A stretch of DNA of 64,000 nt from the NCBI GenBank assembly GCA_963757475.1, contig CAVWRW010000008.1, positions 65,529-129,528 of the forward strand. The letters are read 5' to 3'. This DNA is from Candidatus Dormiibacterota bacterium. GTDB taxonomy: Bacteria > Chloroflexota > Dormibacteria > Aeolococcales > Aeolococcaceae. Made by a program: the position numbers and the translations under genes. The number at the start of each line of letters is the position of its first letter. Position 1 is the stretch's first letter. Under the pieces are notes generated by a model. The model worked only from the letters and a program-made list of their open reading frames with translations. It did not search any database and had not been told where the DNA came from. This document shows positions 19,754-31,467 of this stretch, piece by piece.

Positions 19754-20694
19754 CTGCAACTCATGCCGACACGAAACCTCGACTCAGCAGACCAGTCGCT
19801 GGCGTCGCGAACCAGCATCTCGCCGCAGACGATGCCAACTTCAAGGCGTCACCGTTTGCCCGGATCTTCGCCAGGCTCGAGGGCTTGCCGGGTCTCGACG
19901 CGCTCAGCGACGGCATCGCCGGCGTACTCAAGCCGGTGACGGACCAGCGGCCCGTTATGGACGTGCTCCATGGGCGATGGATCGGTCATGCGTTGCATCC
20001 GGCGCTCAGCGATCTTCCGGTTGGGCTATGGAGCGGAGCGTCGTTGCTCGATCTCTGTGGTGACGACCGAGGCGCGACAGTCATGACGGCTGCGGGCTGT
20101 CTGTCCGCGCTCGCGACCGCCGCAACCGGCACCGCGGACTGGTCGGTCACCGCAGGACGCGATCGCCGCCTGGGACTTGTGCACGGACTCGCGAACGGCG
20201 CTGTGCTGGGGATCCAGATTGGAGCGCTGACGGCGCGGCTTCGTGGCCGGGGGCGACTTGGTCAATTGCTTGCAGCAACAGGCCTGGGCGCCAGCATCGC
20301 CACAGCATATGTGGGCGGCGAGTTGGTGTTTGGGCGCGGCCTCATGGTCGACCACGGTGCCTTCACTGCCGGACCGTCGAAGTGGACGCCGGTGCTTGCG
20401 GACGAAGATCTCGCGGAGGGCGCGATGCGGGCGGTTGACGTCGACGGACGTCAGGTCCTGGTAGCCCGGATCAACGGCTTGGTCAGCGCCATGGAAAACG
20501 CCTGCAGTCATGCCGGAGGCCCGCTCTGCGAAGGGACGCTTGCAGATGGGGTGGTCACCTGTCCGTGGCACGGCTCGCAATTTCGGCTCAGCGATGGAGC
20601 GGTGATGGGAGGCCCCGCGACGTTTCCACAACTGCAACTGCAGGTCCGTCATCGCAAAGGGCGGATCGAGGTCCGTGGCAGGGAGTCCGCGTAG
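19750..20694 (+). CDS. DUF2231-like membrane domain fused to a Rieske ferredoxin
   Basis: LHGRWIGHALHPALSDLPVGLW, TGTADW, GLVHG, GGELV; C-terminal CSHAGGPL...CPWHGS. Confidence 0.88.
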   Translation: MTATHADTKPRLSRPVAGVANQHLAADDANFKASPFARIFARLEGLPGLDALSDGIAGVLKPVTDQRPVMDVLHGRWIGHALHPALSDLPVGLWSGASLLDLCGDDRGATVMTAAGCLSALATAATGTADWSVTAGRDRRLGLVHGLANGAVLGIQIGALTARLRGRGRLGQLLAATGLGASIATAYVGGELVFGRGLMVDHGAFTAGPSKWTPVLADEDLAEGAMRAVDVDGRQVLVARINGLVSAMENACSHAGGPLCEGTLADGVVTCPWHGSQFRLSDGAVMGGPATFPQLQLQVRHRKGRIEVRGRESA

Positions 20695-20705
20695 CCGCCT
20701 GCTGT

Positions 20706-21386
20706 TCAGCCCCTCCGATAGAACGAGGCGTCACAAAGCGCTGCGGCGATCGCGGTTTTGATCGATTCATAGAACGTGTGACGCTGCGCCACGTCGATGC
20801 TCGGCTCAGGCGTGAACCCCTGCAAGCGGTTGGCGATCCACGGCGGCGTACCGCTCGCGATGATGACCTCGCCAAGGCGGATGTACACGATGGAATCGTC
20901 CGAGTCGTTCACGAACAGCGTCACCTTCAAGACCAGTCCGGTGTGATCGACGATTCGCCAGCCACGCTCCCAGCGGGCTTCGCGAGTCTGATCGCGCACA
21001 AGATGAACATAGTCGTCGGCGACCACCGTCTCGCCGGCACGAGCGGCCTTCGCGAGCGACGCTCGGATCGACGCGTCGAGGTCACGCGCGATCCAGCTCA
21101 CCAATGATGCGGCGCGATCGCTGACATCAGGAACCGTCACGGGGCGACCGGATGTGGTGTCGAGCGCCTGCAAGGTCCCGGCGTGACGGCGGCAGTAGCG
21201 GGTGCCGTTCACCACGGTGCCATGCGACCGGCAGGACGCTGTGCGGCATGTTCGACCGCGCCGATCGCGATATGCGCACGGCTGAGCGTCCTCGTCGGAA
21301 CAGCCTCGAGCGGAGCATGGGATCCCGGTCGCAGGCACCGGTGCTGCAACAGGCTCATTTCCTTTGCGACGGAAAGCGCCGATCAC
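20706..21386 (-). CDS. Hypothetical protein with an N-terminal Cys/His zinc-finger-like domain
   Basis: CSARGC...CAYRDRRGRTCRTASCRSH...YCRRH; GTGA overlap with the HD-GYP stop. Confidence 0.7.
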   Translation of the reverse strand: MIGAFRRKGNEPVAAPVPATGIPCSARGCSDEDAQPCAYRDRRGRTCRTASCRSHGTVVNGTRYCRRHAGTLQALDTTSGRPVTVPDVSDRAASLVSWIARDLDASIRASLAKAARAGETVVADDYVHLVRDQTREARWERGWRIVDHTGLVLKVTLFVNDSDDSIVYIRLGEVIIASGTPPWIANRLQGFTPEPSIDVAQRHTFYESIKTAIAAALCDASFYRRG

Positions 21387-23104
21387 GATGCGGCACCGGG
21401 GATGCTCGCGAACGATTGCTCCGGCGGTGCCCGATCGGCGCGAACCGTGTTCAGTATCTGCACCGGAATACCTCGGACCGAGACGGGCGGTCGTGCTGTC
21501 GTATCGTCGTAGGCGGTCTCCGCCATGAGATTCGGTGCATTTTGACGGCAGTTCGTGTGGCAGCGCGGATTGTTATGTCCGACGCAATAGTCGAGGCACG
21601 AGCGGTTGTTGTTGCCGAAGCAATGTGATGTGCACGAGTTGTTGTTGTTGCCTTGGCAATAGGTCGTGCACCAGTAGAGATTGTCGTTGGTGCACTCGGT
21701 CCTGCAGAACGGTGAGGTATTGACACAGGACGCGCAGCTCCAGGGATCCACCGGCGGCGGGGTCGGTGCAGCGGTGGGTCTGGGCGTCGGCTTCGGCGTC
21801 GGCTTGGGCGTCGGCTTTGGGGCCGGAGGCTTTGCGGTGGGGACAGGGGTTGGCGCCGTCGTCGGACGGGGAGTGGCGACGGGCGCTGATGTCGGCGCAA
21901 TTGGTCGACGGTCAGAGAAAGGTGGCGCGGGAGTGACGGACGTTGTGATGTCGCGCGCCCTGAGCAGGTTGGTTGCGTTCGGTGTCGGGGCAGGACCAGC
22001 GAGCGTCCCGACCGTCACCACCGTGGCGGTGGCCGCACTGATCGCTCCCGACCCAATCCACGAGCCGATCCGTCCGAGCTCGGACCAGAGGCGAACGAGC
22101 GCAGGGATCTGCCCGAACCACGCGCTGAAACCGATCGTTCGCCAGAGACGGCCAACGGAGATGTTTAGAAACGCGCGAACGATCGCGGGATCGAGCTGCG
22201 TCCCCGCCACGCGCGTCAGCTCTTGACGCGCAGCCGCGATGCTCATTGCGCGTTTGTAGGGACGTGGCGCGGTCATGACCTCGTACACATCTGCGACGGA
22301 CACGATGCGTGCGGCGAGCGAGATGTCAGTGCCCTTCAGCCGATGCGGGTATCCCGTGCCGTCGTAGCGTTCGTGATGCTCGACAACCGCGCGTCCCCAT
22401 TCGCCGAGCCACGGCAGCAGCGGCGCCACGAGGCGTGCGCCCTCGGCGGGATGCTGATGCAGGATCTTCCACTCGTCCTCGTCCGGCGCTCCCGGCTTGT
22501 TCAACAGGGCGACCGGCACCTCGAGCTTGCCGACGTCATGCAAGAGTGCTGCCCACCGCAACCGCGCTTGCCCGGCCTCGTCGATCTTCAACTCGTCAGC
22601 GATCAAGTCGGCGAACACACGAACCCGCTCTGAGTGGCCTCGCGTCGCCTTGTCATGCACGCTCAACGCGAGGACGAGCTCGATCACCGATTGCATTCCC
22701 TGCGCGTCGTCGTTCTTGCCGGTCGCGCGGGCATCGAGCAACTGCTCCTGGAGTTGGCGCGGGGATCCGGTCCGGCGCGCGACCGCGAAACGCGCCGGCG
22801 CTTTGTCGGGAAAGAGGAGCGACACGTTGAGCAGAGCCGCGAGCGGGAGCAGGCGCCGCGCGGCACGCTCGAAAAGGACAAGGGTGACGAACGAGCCCGC
22901 AGCGACGATGAGGATCCAGAGTGCGGCGCTCGCGGGACCGCTCGCGCGAGGCAAGACCGCGCTGATGAGGACGGCGATCGCGAACGACGCGAGGATCGGT
23001 GCGAAGAAGATGCCCAAACGCAAGGCGCAACTCAGGGCAGGCCGTCGTTCCCAGCGGTCCTCAGCGGTTGGGTGATTGGTGTGCTGTCGCCGTCGCAGCT
23101 GCAT
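21383..23104 (-). CDS. Membrane-bound HD-GYP c-di-GMP phosphodiesterase with a Pro/Thr linker and Cys-rich repeat tail
   Basis: Two N-terminal TMs; HSERV, LLHDVGK, HHERYDGTGYP, VADVYEVMT, RPYK; KPTP repeats; five CxxxC units. Confidence 0.9.
   Translation of the reverse strand: MQLRRRQHTNHPTAEDRWERRPALSCALRLGIFFAPILASFAIAVLISAVLPRASGPASAALWILIVAAGSFVTLVLFERAARRLLPLAALLNVSLLFPDKAPARFAVARRTGSPRQLQEQLLDARATGKNDDAQGMQSVIELVLALSVHDKATRGHSERVRVFADLIADELKIDEAGQARLRWAALLHDVGKLEVPVALLNKPGAPDEDEWKILHQHPAEGARLVAPLLPWLGEWGRAVVEHHERYDGTGYPHRLKGTDISLAARIVSVADVYEVMTAPRPYKRAMSIAAARQELTRVAGTQLDPAIVRAFLNISVGRLWRTIGFSAWFGQIPALVRLWSELGRIGSWIGSGAISAATATVVTVGTLAGPAPTPNATNLLRARDITTSVTPAPPFSDRRPIAPTSAPVATPRPTTAPTPVPTAKPPAPKPTPKPTPKPTPRPTAAPTPPPVDPWSCASCVNTSPFCRTECTNDNLYWCTTYCQGNNNNSCTSHCFGNNNRSCLDYCVGHNNPRCHTNCRQNAPNLMAETAYDDTTARPPVSVRGIPVQILNTVRADRAPPEQSFASIPGAAS
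21782..21820 (-). repeat. 12-bp tandem repeat encoding (KPTP)x3 linker
   Basis: gggcgtcggcttcggcgtcggcttgggcgtcggctttggg on the + strand. Confidence 0.75.
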
Positions 23105-23245
23105 CCCCGGCTCTCCCTCAACTACTACAGGTGGACTACAAGATTTGTGTCAGTCAGCCTGTCAGTCGAGTCCTCGCACGCCGTCGCATACGGCGTGACG
23201 ATTGTGTGTCGAAAATTATGCGTCCGCAAATACGCGATTCGGTCG

Positions 23246-23275
23246 CTGGACTAAGTCCAGTATTGGAGCTACACT
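23246..23275 (+). promoter_or_regulatory. furA promoter with a palindromic operator (leaderless)
   Basis: CTGGACT-A-AGTCCAG palindrome over -35 TGGACT; 17-nt spacer; -10 TACACT; ATG 7 nt later. Confidence 0.7.
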
Positions 23276-23282
23276 ACGGCTC

Positions 23283-23726
23283 ATGCCGAGCGGGACATCT
23301 GCCGAGAACGCGGCGCTGTTGCGCAGCCACGACGTACAGGTCACTGCGCAGCGGCTTGCGGTCCTGCAGGCCGTTTCCGACCGGCCGCACAGCACCGCAG
23401 AGGAGATCGACAAAGTGGTGAGGGTCGCCATTGGAGCGATCTCACCGCAGTCCGTCTACAACGCTGTCGGGACGCTGTCCGACAAGGGGCTCATCCGCCG
23501 CATCCAGCCCGCCGGTTCGCCCGCGCGCTTCGAGGACCGAGTGGGTGATAACCATCACCATCTCATCTGCCGTGGCTGCGGACGGATGACCGACGTTGAC
23601 TGCGCCGTCGGCCACGCCCCGTGCCTGACGGCCGCGGACGACGCGGGCTATGTCATCGACGAAGCCGAGGTCATCTACTGGGGCCGGTGCCCCGAGTGTG
23701 TCGCGGCGAACCGAACAACGGAATGA
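23283..23726 (+). CDS. furA: Fur-family regulator FurA
   Basis: [44 protein letters not shown]; directly upstream of katG. Confidence 0.92.
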   Translation: MPSGTSAENAALLRSHDVQVTAQRLAVLQAVSDRPHSTAEEIDKVVRVAIGAISPQSVYNAVGTLSDKGLIRRIQPAGSPARFEDRVGDNHHHLICRGCGRMTDVDCAVGHAPCLTAADDAGYVIDEAEVIYWGRCPECVAANRTTE

Positions 23727-23753
23727 GCATCGACAAGCAGGAATCAACGCTGA

Positions 23754-25961
<2,208 letters not shown>

Positions 25962-25974
25962 TTTCGGGTTCGTC

Positions 25975-26008
25975 TGCAGGGCCTCGGCGTGCGTGCCGAG
26001 CGCCCTGC
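25975..26008 (+). terminator. GC-rich hairpin after katG
   Basis: GCAGGGC-CTCGGC...GCCGAG-C-GCCCTGC stem without a U tail. Confidence 0.45.
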
Positions 26009-26185
26009 GGTCACCGATCGCTCCAGATCCGCACCCCGTCTTTCGATTCCGTAACCCGTTCGAGCGGATCTAGCAGGGAGGCGTCGATACGCTGATCTCG
26101 CTCCAACGCGGCGGTTCCCGCCGATCGTGAGGGCTAACCAGGCAGCGAGCTCGCCAGGAATGAGCCCCTGCTGGAGGATCACGCG

Positions 26186-28468
26186 TTGCGCCGACTAGTT
26201 TCGGGTCTCGTTGCCAGCTTCACGAACGTGCCTCGCGGCGCGAGGATCCTGATGACCGCAACGGGCGCTCTGGTCGCGCTGTACCTGTTGTCGACGATCC
26301 TTCGATCTCCAGGCACATCCGTCGTCTTCTTTGACGTCTGGGTGACCAACCTCGGGTACGCGGGATGCGCGGCGCTGTGCGCGTGGCGGGCAATTGCTCG
26401 GCGCCCTGGACGCTGGGCTTGGGCATCGTTCGCCGGCGGACTCACGTTCTTCACCGCCGGATCGGTGCTCTATGCCGCGGTGGTCCAGCACTTCAACCCC
26501 GTCCCGTACCCTTCGATAGCGGACTTCTCGTTCCTCGCCGACTACCCGCTTGCGCTGCTCGGGCTCGGCCTGCTCGTCCGCGAGACCGTGCCGAACATCT
26601 CGAAGACCTTCTGGGTGGACGGTCTGATCGCGGCGATGGGTGTCGCGGCGCTCGAAGCCACGGTTGTGCTCGGTCCGATCATCCAGACGAATTCCGGCAA
26701 TTTCGGCGCAGTGGCGACGAACATCGCGTATCCGACTGGTGATCTGGTGCTCATCAGCCTGGTCGTCGGAGTCTTTGCGGTACGAGGCTGGCGCCCGGGC
26801 CGTCTATGGTGGACCCTGGGCATCGGTCTTGTCGTTTTTGCCGCAGGTGACAGTATCTACCTGCTGCGGGTGACGACGGCAACGTACGTGATCGGGACTC
26901 CCCTCGACACCCTGTGGGCCATCGCCGCCTTCATGATCGCGCTGAGCGCGTGGCAGGGGCTGCGTCCCAAGGACAATAACGCCGCAGTGATCCAGGCGCC
27001 GAACTTCGTGCCGGTGCTCTTCCTGCTGAGCTCAGTCGGCATCGTCGTGTACGCGACCGGTCACAAGGTGCTGCCGGCCGGTGTCCTGCTCGCTACCATG
27101 ACGCTCGTCATCGCAATCGGCCGGTCCGCCTACGCGTTTCGCGAACTTCGAGCACTGGCGGACAGCAAGCGCGAGGCACGCACGGACGATCTGACCGGGT
27201 TGCCGAACCGCCGCCTCTTCTTCGAGCGGCTCGCGGTGCTGCTCGAACCAAGCGCCGCGCCGGGGCGCATCGCGGTGCTGATGATTGACCTGGATCGCTT
27301 CAAGGAGATCAACGACAGCCTCGGACACCATGTCGGCGATGACGTGCTGCGGCAACTCGGCCCGCGTCTCACTGCAGCGGTGGGCGACACCGGCACTGTT
27401 GCTCGCCTCGGCGGCGACGAGTTCGGTCTGATCCTTTCGCCGCTCCTCGACCCAGGCGACGCGACAACGGCGGCAGGACGCGTTCGCGAAACGCTGCGAC
27501 CGCCCTTTCAGCTCGAGGGCATGAGTTTTCGCGTCGACGCAAGCATCGGCATCGCACTCGCGCCCGACCACGGCACTACACCCGGGGGGTTGCTGCAGAA
27601 GGCGGACATTGCAATGTTCGCCGCAAAGCGCGCGCATGCACCCTGGCAGCTCTACTCGTCCGAGCACGACCAGGACGCCCGGGACCGGCTGCAGCTGATG
27701 GAAGACCTGCGCGATGCCCTGCGCCGCCACGAGATCGTGGTGCACTATCAACCGATCCTCGACCTGGCGACAGGCACGGTCACGGGTGCTGAGGCATTGG
27801 CGCGATGGCAGCATCCATCGCGCGGGCTGCTTGCGCCGGCGGTGTTCCTCGGCCTGATCGCCGATGCGGGGCTGATGGGGCCCTTCACCATGGACGTGCT
27901 CGATCAAGCCCTTGCGCAGCAAGCCAGATGGTCCGAGCGTGGATATGCGCTCGCGGTGTCGGTGAACATCTCAGCCGTCAGCCTGCGCGACGAGGATCTG
28001 CCTGAAAAGATCGGCAGCCTCATCGCCGCTCGCGGCGTCGCTCCGGCGTGCGTCACGCTGGAGATCACGGAGGACTGCTTCATCGCCGATCCGGAGCAAG
28101 CCCTGCTCGTCCTCGATCGGCTGCGAGCCCTGGGCGTGGACCTCTCGATTGATGACTTCGGCACCGGTTTCTCGTCGCTCACGTACATTCGACGGCTCCC
28201 GGTAAGCGAGTTGAAACTCGATCGAACATTTCTCACAGGTGCACCGCGGGACAAGCGTGCCGTTGCGGTGATTCGCTCCACCGTCGATCTGGCCCACTCC
28301 CTCGGACTGCGCATCGTCGCGGAAGGGATCGAACACCTCGACGCCCTGGCACTGGTCGACGATCTCGGCTGTGATGCGGCCCAGGGGTATCTCATGGGTA
28401 GACCGGTACCGGCTGAGGACTTCGACCTCGCGCCCGTTCCTTTCCTGACGCCGACAGTCGCCGCCTGA
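26186..28468 (+). CDS. Membrane-bound GGDEF-EAL diguanylate cyclase/phosphodiesterase
   Basis: About 9 N-terminal TMs; DLDRFKEIND, RLGGDEF; EALARW, DDFGTGFSSL, AEGIE, QGY. Confidence 0.95.
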   Translation: MRRLVSGLVASFTNVPRGARILMTATGALVALYLLSTILRSPGTSVVFFDVWVTNLGYAGCAALCAWRAIARRPGRWAWASFAGGLTFFTAGSVLYAAVVQHFNPVPYPSIADFSFLADYPLALLGLGLLVRETVPNISKTFWVDGLIAAMGVAALEATVVLGPIIQTNSGNFGAVATNIAYPTGDLVLISLVVGVFAVRGWRPGRLWWTLGIGLVVFAAGDSIYLLRVTTATYVIGTPLDTLWAIAAFMIALSAWQGLRPKDNNAAVIQAPNFVPVLFLLSSVGIVVYATGHKVLPAGVLLATMTLVIAIGRSAYAFRELRALADSKREARTDDLTGLPNRRLFFERLAVLLEPSAAPGRIAVLMIDLDRFKEINDSLGHHVGDDVLRQLGPRLTAAVGDTGTVARLGGDEFGLILSPLLDPGDATTAAGRVRETLRPPFQLEGMSFRVDASIGIALAPDHGTTPGGLLQKADIAMFAAKRAHAPWQLYSSEHDQDARDRLQLMEDLRDALRRHEIVVHYQPILDLATGTVTGAEALARWQHPSRGLLAPAVFLGLIADAGLMGPFTMDVLDQALAQQARWSERGYALAVSVNISAVSLRDEDLPEKIGSLIAARGVAPACVTLEITEDCFIADPEQALLVLDRLRALGVDLSIDDFGTGFSSLTYIRRLPVSELKLDRTFLTGAPRDKRAVAVIRSTVDLAHSLGLRIVAEGIEHLDALALVDDLGCDAAQGYLMGRPVPAEDFDLAPVPFLTPTVAA

Positions 28469-28552
28469 GCGCCGCGACGTGGGCGTCGTCGGGTGCCAAC
28501 GGTTTAAGGTGACAGCCACAGCCACGCACGGCCGCGCCATCAGGGGAGCACC

Positions 28553-28936
28553 ATGACCACACAGCTCGATCCATCCGTCCGCGAGGCGCTCGCCAGGGGC
28601 GGCCCTATCGACATCACCACAACGGGCCGGAAGAGCGGTCAGCAGCATCGTATTGAGATCTTCTTTCACAACGTCGACGGGCATCTGTATGTCAGCGGCA
28701 TGCCAGGGTTCAAGCGCAGCTACATCGCCAATCTGTCCGCCGATCCGCATTTCATCTTCCACCTCAAAGGAGCGGTGAAAGCCGACCTTCCGGCGACGGC
28801 GCGGATCATCACGGACGAGGCTGAACGTCGTGAGGTGATGCCGTCGATCGCGCGCAACTGGAAGCGCGACGATGTTGACACCATGGTGGCCACGAGCCCC
28901 CTTTTCGAGGTGACGATCGACGGTCTTGCTGCGTGA
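28553..28936 (+). CDS. Deazaflavin (F420)-dependent nitroreductase-like protein (split beta-barrel)
   Basis: IDITTTGRKSGQQHRIEI...RSYIANLSADP. Confidence 0.8.
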   Translation: MTTQLDPSVREALARGGPIDITTTGRKSGQQHRIEIFFHNVDGHLYVSGMPGFKRSYIANLSADPHFIFHLKGAVKADLPATARIITDEAERREVMPSIARNWKRDDVDTMVATSPLFEVTIDGLAA

Positions 28937-28998
28937 CAATTCGCTAGAAGCACACATCGTTCCCAGCGTCACAACTCTCCGACGGAGCATGTGAACGG

Positions 28999-29487
28999 AT
29001 GCCCCGCACGCGGTTCCCGATCGAGCAACTGCTGGCCATTCTTAGTGACACCCCGCGTCGCATCGCGGAGGTCACCGTCGACGTTCCGCCCGGCGTCTTG
29101 CGCACCGCACCGAGCGACGAATGGTCGGCGAATGATGTGCTCGCCCACCTCCGGTCCTGCGCCGACGTGTGGGGTGGCTGCATCGCCAGGATGCTCGCCG
29201 AGGACAAGCCGACGCTCCGGGCGGTGAACCCGCGCACCTGGATCCGAAGCACCGACTACCCGGACCTCACATTTCACCGGTCCCTGCAGGCGTTCACCGC
29301 GCAGCGGGACGCATTCCTCCCCGTGCTGCAACGACTGACGACCCGTGACTGGTCACGCGGCGCGATCGTGCTCGGTGGGGGGAGTCCGCTCGAGTTGACC
29401 GTCCTCGACTATGCGCAGCGATTGGCGCGCCACGAGCGGCCGCACGTGAAGCAGATCGCGCGCGTCGTCAACGCCGTACAGGGGTGA
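28999..29487 (+). CDS. DinB family protein
   Basis: WSANDVLAHL...LARHERPHVKQI His triad. Confidence 0.85.
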   Translation: MPRTRFPIEQLLAILSDTPRRIAEVTVDVPPGVLRTAPSDEWSANDVLAHLRSCADVWGGCIARMLAEDKPTLRAVNPRTWIRSTDYPDLTFHRSLQAFTAQRDAFLPVLQRLTTRDWSRGAIVLGGGSPLELTVLDYAQRLARHERPHVKQIARVVNAVQG

Positions 29488-29543
29488 TCGGGCTGGAGCG
29501 CCCCTGGTCGCCGGCTCCCTTGCGCCCTTTCGGCTCCCTGCGA

Positions 29544-29568
29544 TATGATACTTGCCAGCAAGCAAGTA
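29544..29568 (+). promoter_or_regulatory. -10 element and MarR-type inverted-repeat operator
   Basis: TATGAT immediately followed by TACTTGC-N6-GCAAGTA. Confidence 0.6.
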
Positions 29569-30073
29569 CCTTGGGAGCCGAACACTGACGACGAATAGCC
29601 CGCCCAGGCCGGAGACGACTGGCGAATTGACCGCAGCGCGCCTGCGTAGTGCCGTCACCCGAATGTCGCGCCGTCTGCGTCCCACGGCTGCAGCCGGTTC
29701 GCTCACGACGGCCGAAGTCGACGTGCTCATCGCCGCGGAGAAGCAAGGCCCGATTCGCATGTCCGACCTCGCCACCTTTGCCGGTCTCAATCCGACGATG
29801 CTCTCTCGTCTCATCCCGAGGCTGGAGGAGGCAGGGCTCATCCGCCGCCTCGACGATGACGTCGATCGACGGGTTTCGCGCGTCGTCGCGACTGACAAGG
29901 GCAGCCGCCTCCTCGAACGGATTCGCTCGGAGCGCAACGACGCGCTGTCAAAGCGGCTCCGCGATCTTGAGCCGAGCGAGCGGGATGCGCTCGCAGTCGC
30001 GCTCCCCGTGCTCGAGGCTCTGGCGGAGCGCCTTCGCCAACCGGAACCGCCCGTCACGACGAGGAGCCGTTGA
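29552..30073 (+). CDS. MarR family regulator (true start probably downstream)
   Basis: GPIRMSDLA...PTMLSRLIPRLEEAGLIRR...DRR. Confidence 0.9.
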   Translation: MPASKYLGSRTLTTNSPPRPETTGELTAARLRSAVTRMSRRLRPTAAAGSLTTAEVDVLIAAEKQGPIRMSDLATFAGLNPTMLSRLIPRLEEAGLIRRLDDDVDRRVSRVVATDKGSRLLERIRSERNDALSKRLRDLEPSERDALAVALPVLEALAERLRQPEPPVTTRSR

Positions 30074-30074
30074 G

Positions 30075-31359
30075 TTGAGCCGCGTGGTCGCCATCACCAG
30101 GCGCACCTTCTCCGCGCTCGCCATTCCGAACTTCCGGCTCTTCTTCTTCGGTCAGTCCACGTCGCTCGTCGGGACATGGATGCAGTCCGTCGCGCAGTCG
30201 TGGCTCGTCTTCACCGTCACGCATTCCGCAACGGCGATCGGCTTCGTCCTTGCGTTGCAGATGCTGCCGGTGTTGCTGCTGGCCCCATACGGCGGGGTCA
30301 TCGCCGACCGCGTCAACAAGCGCCGTCTCCTCATCGTCCTGCAGTCCCTGATGGGCGTTCAGGCGCTCGTGCTCGGTGTCCTCGCGATGACACACGTCGT
30401 CGTCTTCTGGGAGATCTGTCTGCTCGCGGTCATCCTGGGCCTCAACAACTGCTTCGAGATTCCGGCCCGCCAGGCCTTCATGCTCGAGATGGTCGGTCCC
30501 GAGCACGTTCGCAACGCCGTGAGCCTCAACTCCACGATGGTCAACGCGGCGCGGGCTGTTGGTCCCGCGGTCGCTGGGGTGCTCATTGCCACGGTCGGCG
30601 TGGGCGTTTGTTTCCTCGTCAACGCCGCTAGCTTCATCGCGGTCGTCACCTCACTCACATCGATGGATCCAAAGGAGCTCAAGCCAAGTCCGCCGGCTCC
30701 CCGTGCGAAAGGACAGCTGCGTGAGGGGCTTCGCTACGTTGCGAGAGAGCCGCGACTGTGGGTGCCGCTGCTGATGGCCGGCATGGTTGGAACCTTCGCG
30801 TACGAGTTTCAGGTGTCGTTGCCCGTCTTCGCCAAGCAGACCTTCGGCGGTAACGCCGCGACGTACGGTTTCCTCACGGCGGCCATGGGATTCGGCGCCG
30901 TCTTCGGCGGGCTCATGACCGCCGCACGTGGCCGCCCCGGAATAAGACGATGACCATCGCGGGCACCGGCTTCGGCATCGCGATGTTGTGCGTGGCGCTC
31001 GCACCGTCCCTCGCCATCGGGTTCGTCGCCATGGGGGTGACGGGATTCGCCGCCATCACGTTCATGTCCACCGGCAACTCGACGCTCCAACTCGAAGCCA
31101 GGCCGGCGATGCGGGGACGCGTCATGGCGTTGTGGGCGGTGGCCTTCATGGGATCGACCCCCATCGGCGGCCCGCTGATCGGCTGGATCATCGAGGTGGC
31201 GGGAGCGCGCGCCGGGATCGCCGTCGGCGGGTTGTCATGCCTCGATCGCCGCCGGCATCGGGCTGCATCGCCATGCGAAGGCTGGGAATCGGGCAGATCT
31301 CCAGCTGCCCGAAGCTTCCCGTCGGCGATGCTGCGCTCGTCGGGGCCGAGGCCGACTGA
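30075..31359 (+). CDS. MFS transporter (frameshifts near 30930 and 31250)
   Basis: NFRLFFFGQSTSLVGTWMQ, GVIADRVNKRR, PARQAF, NAVSLNS, MRGRVMA. Confidence 0.88.
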
Positions 31360-31467
31360 CCCGACTGGCGCCGGAGCGAGGTGGCTTGGCATACTTGACC
31401 TCTGTAGTCACCTTTCACCATCAGGCGCGCCAGTGCGGCGCCAATCACAGGACCAGGAGAACGCACG

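Noticed and set aside
21782-21820. Tandem repeats as a possible CRISPR or VNTR element
   Set aside because: They are 12-bp coding repeats for a KPTP linker with no spacers; no cas genes or repeat-spacer array were seen anywhere in the window.
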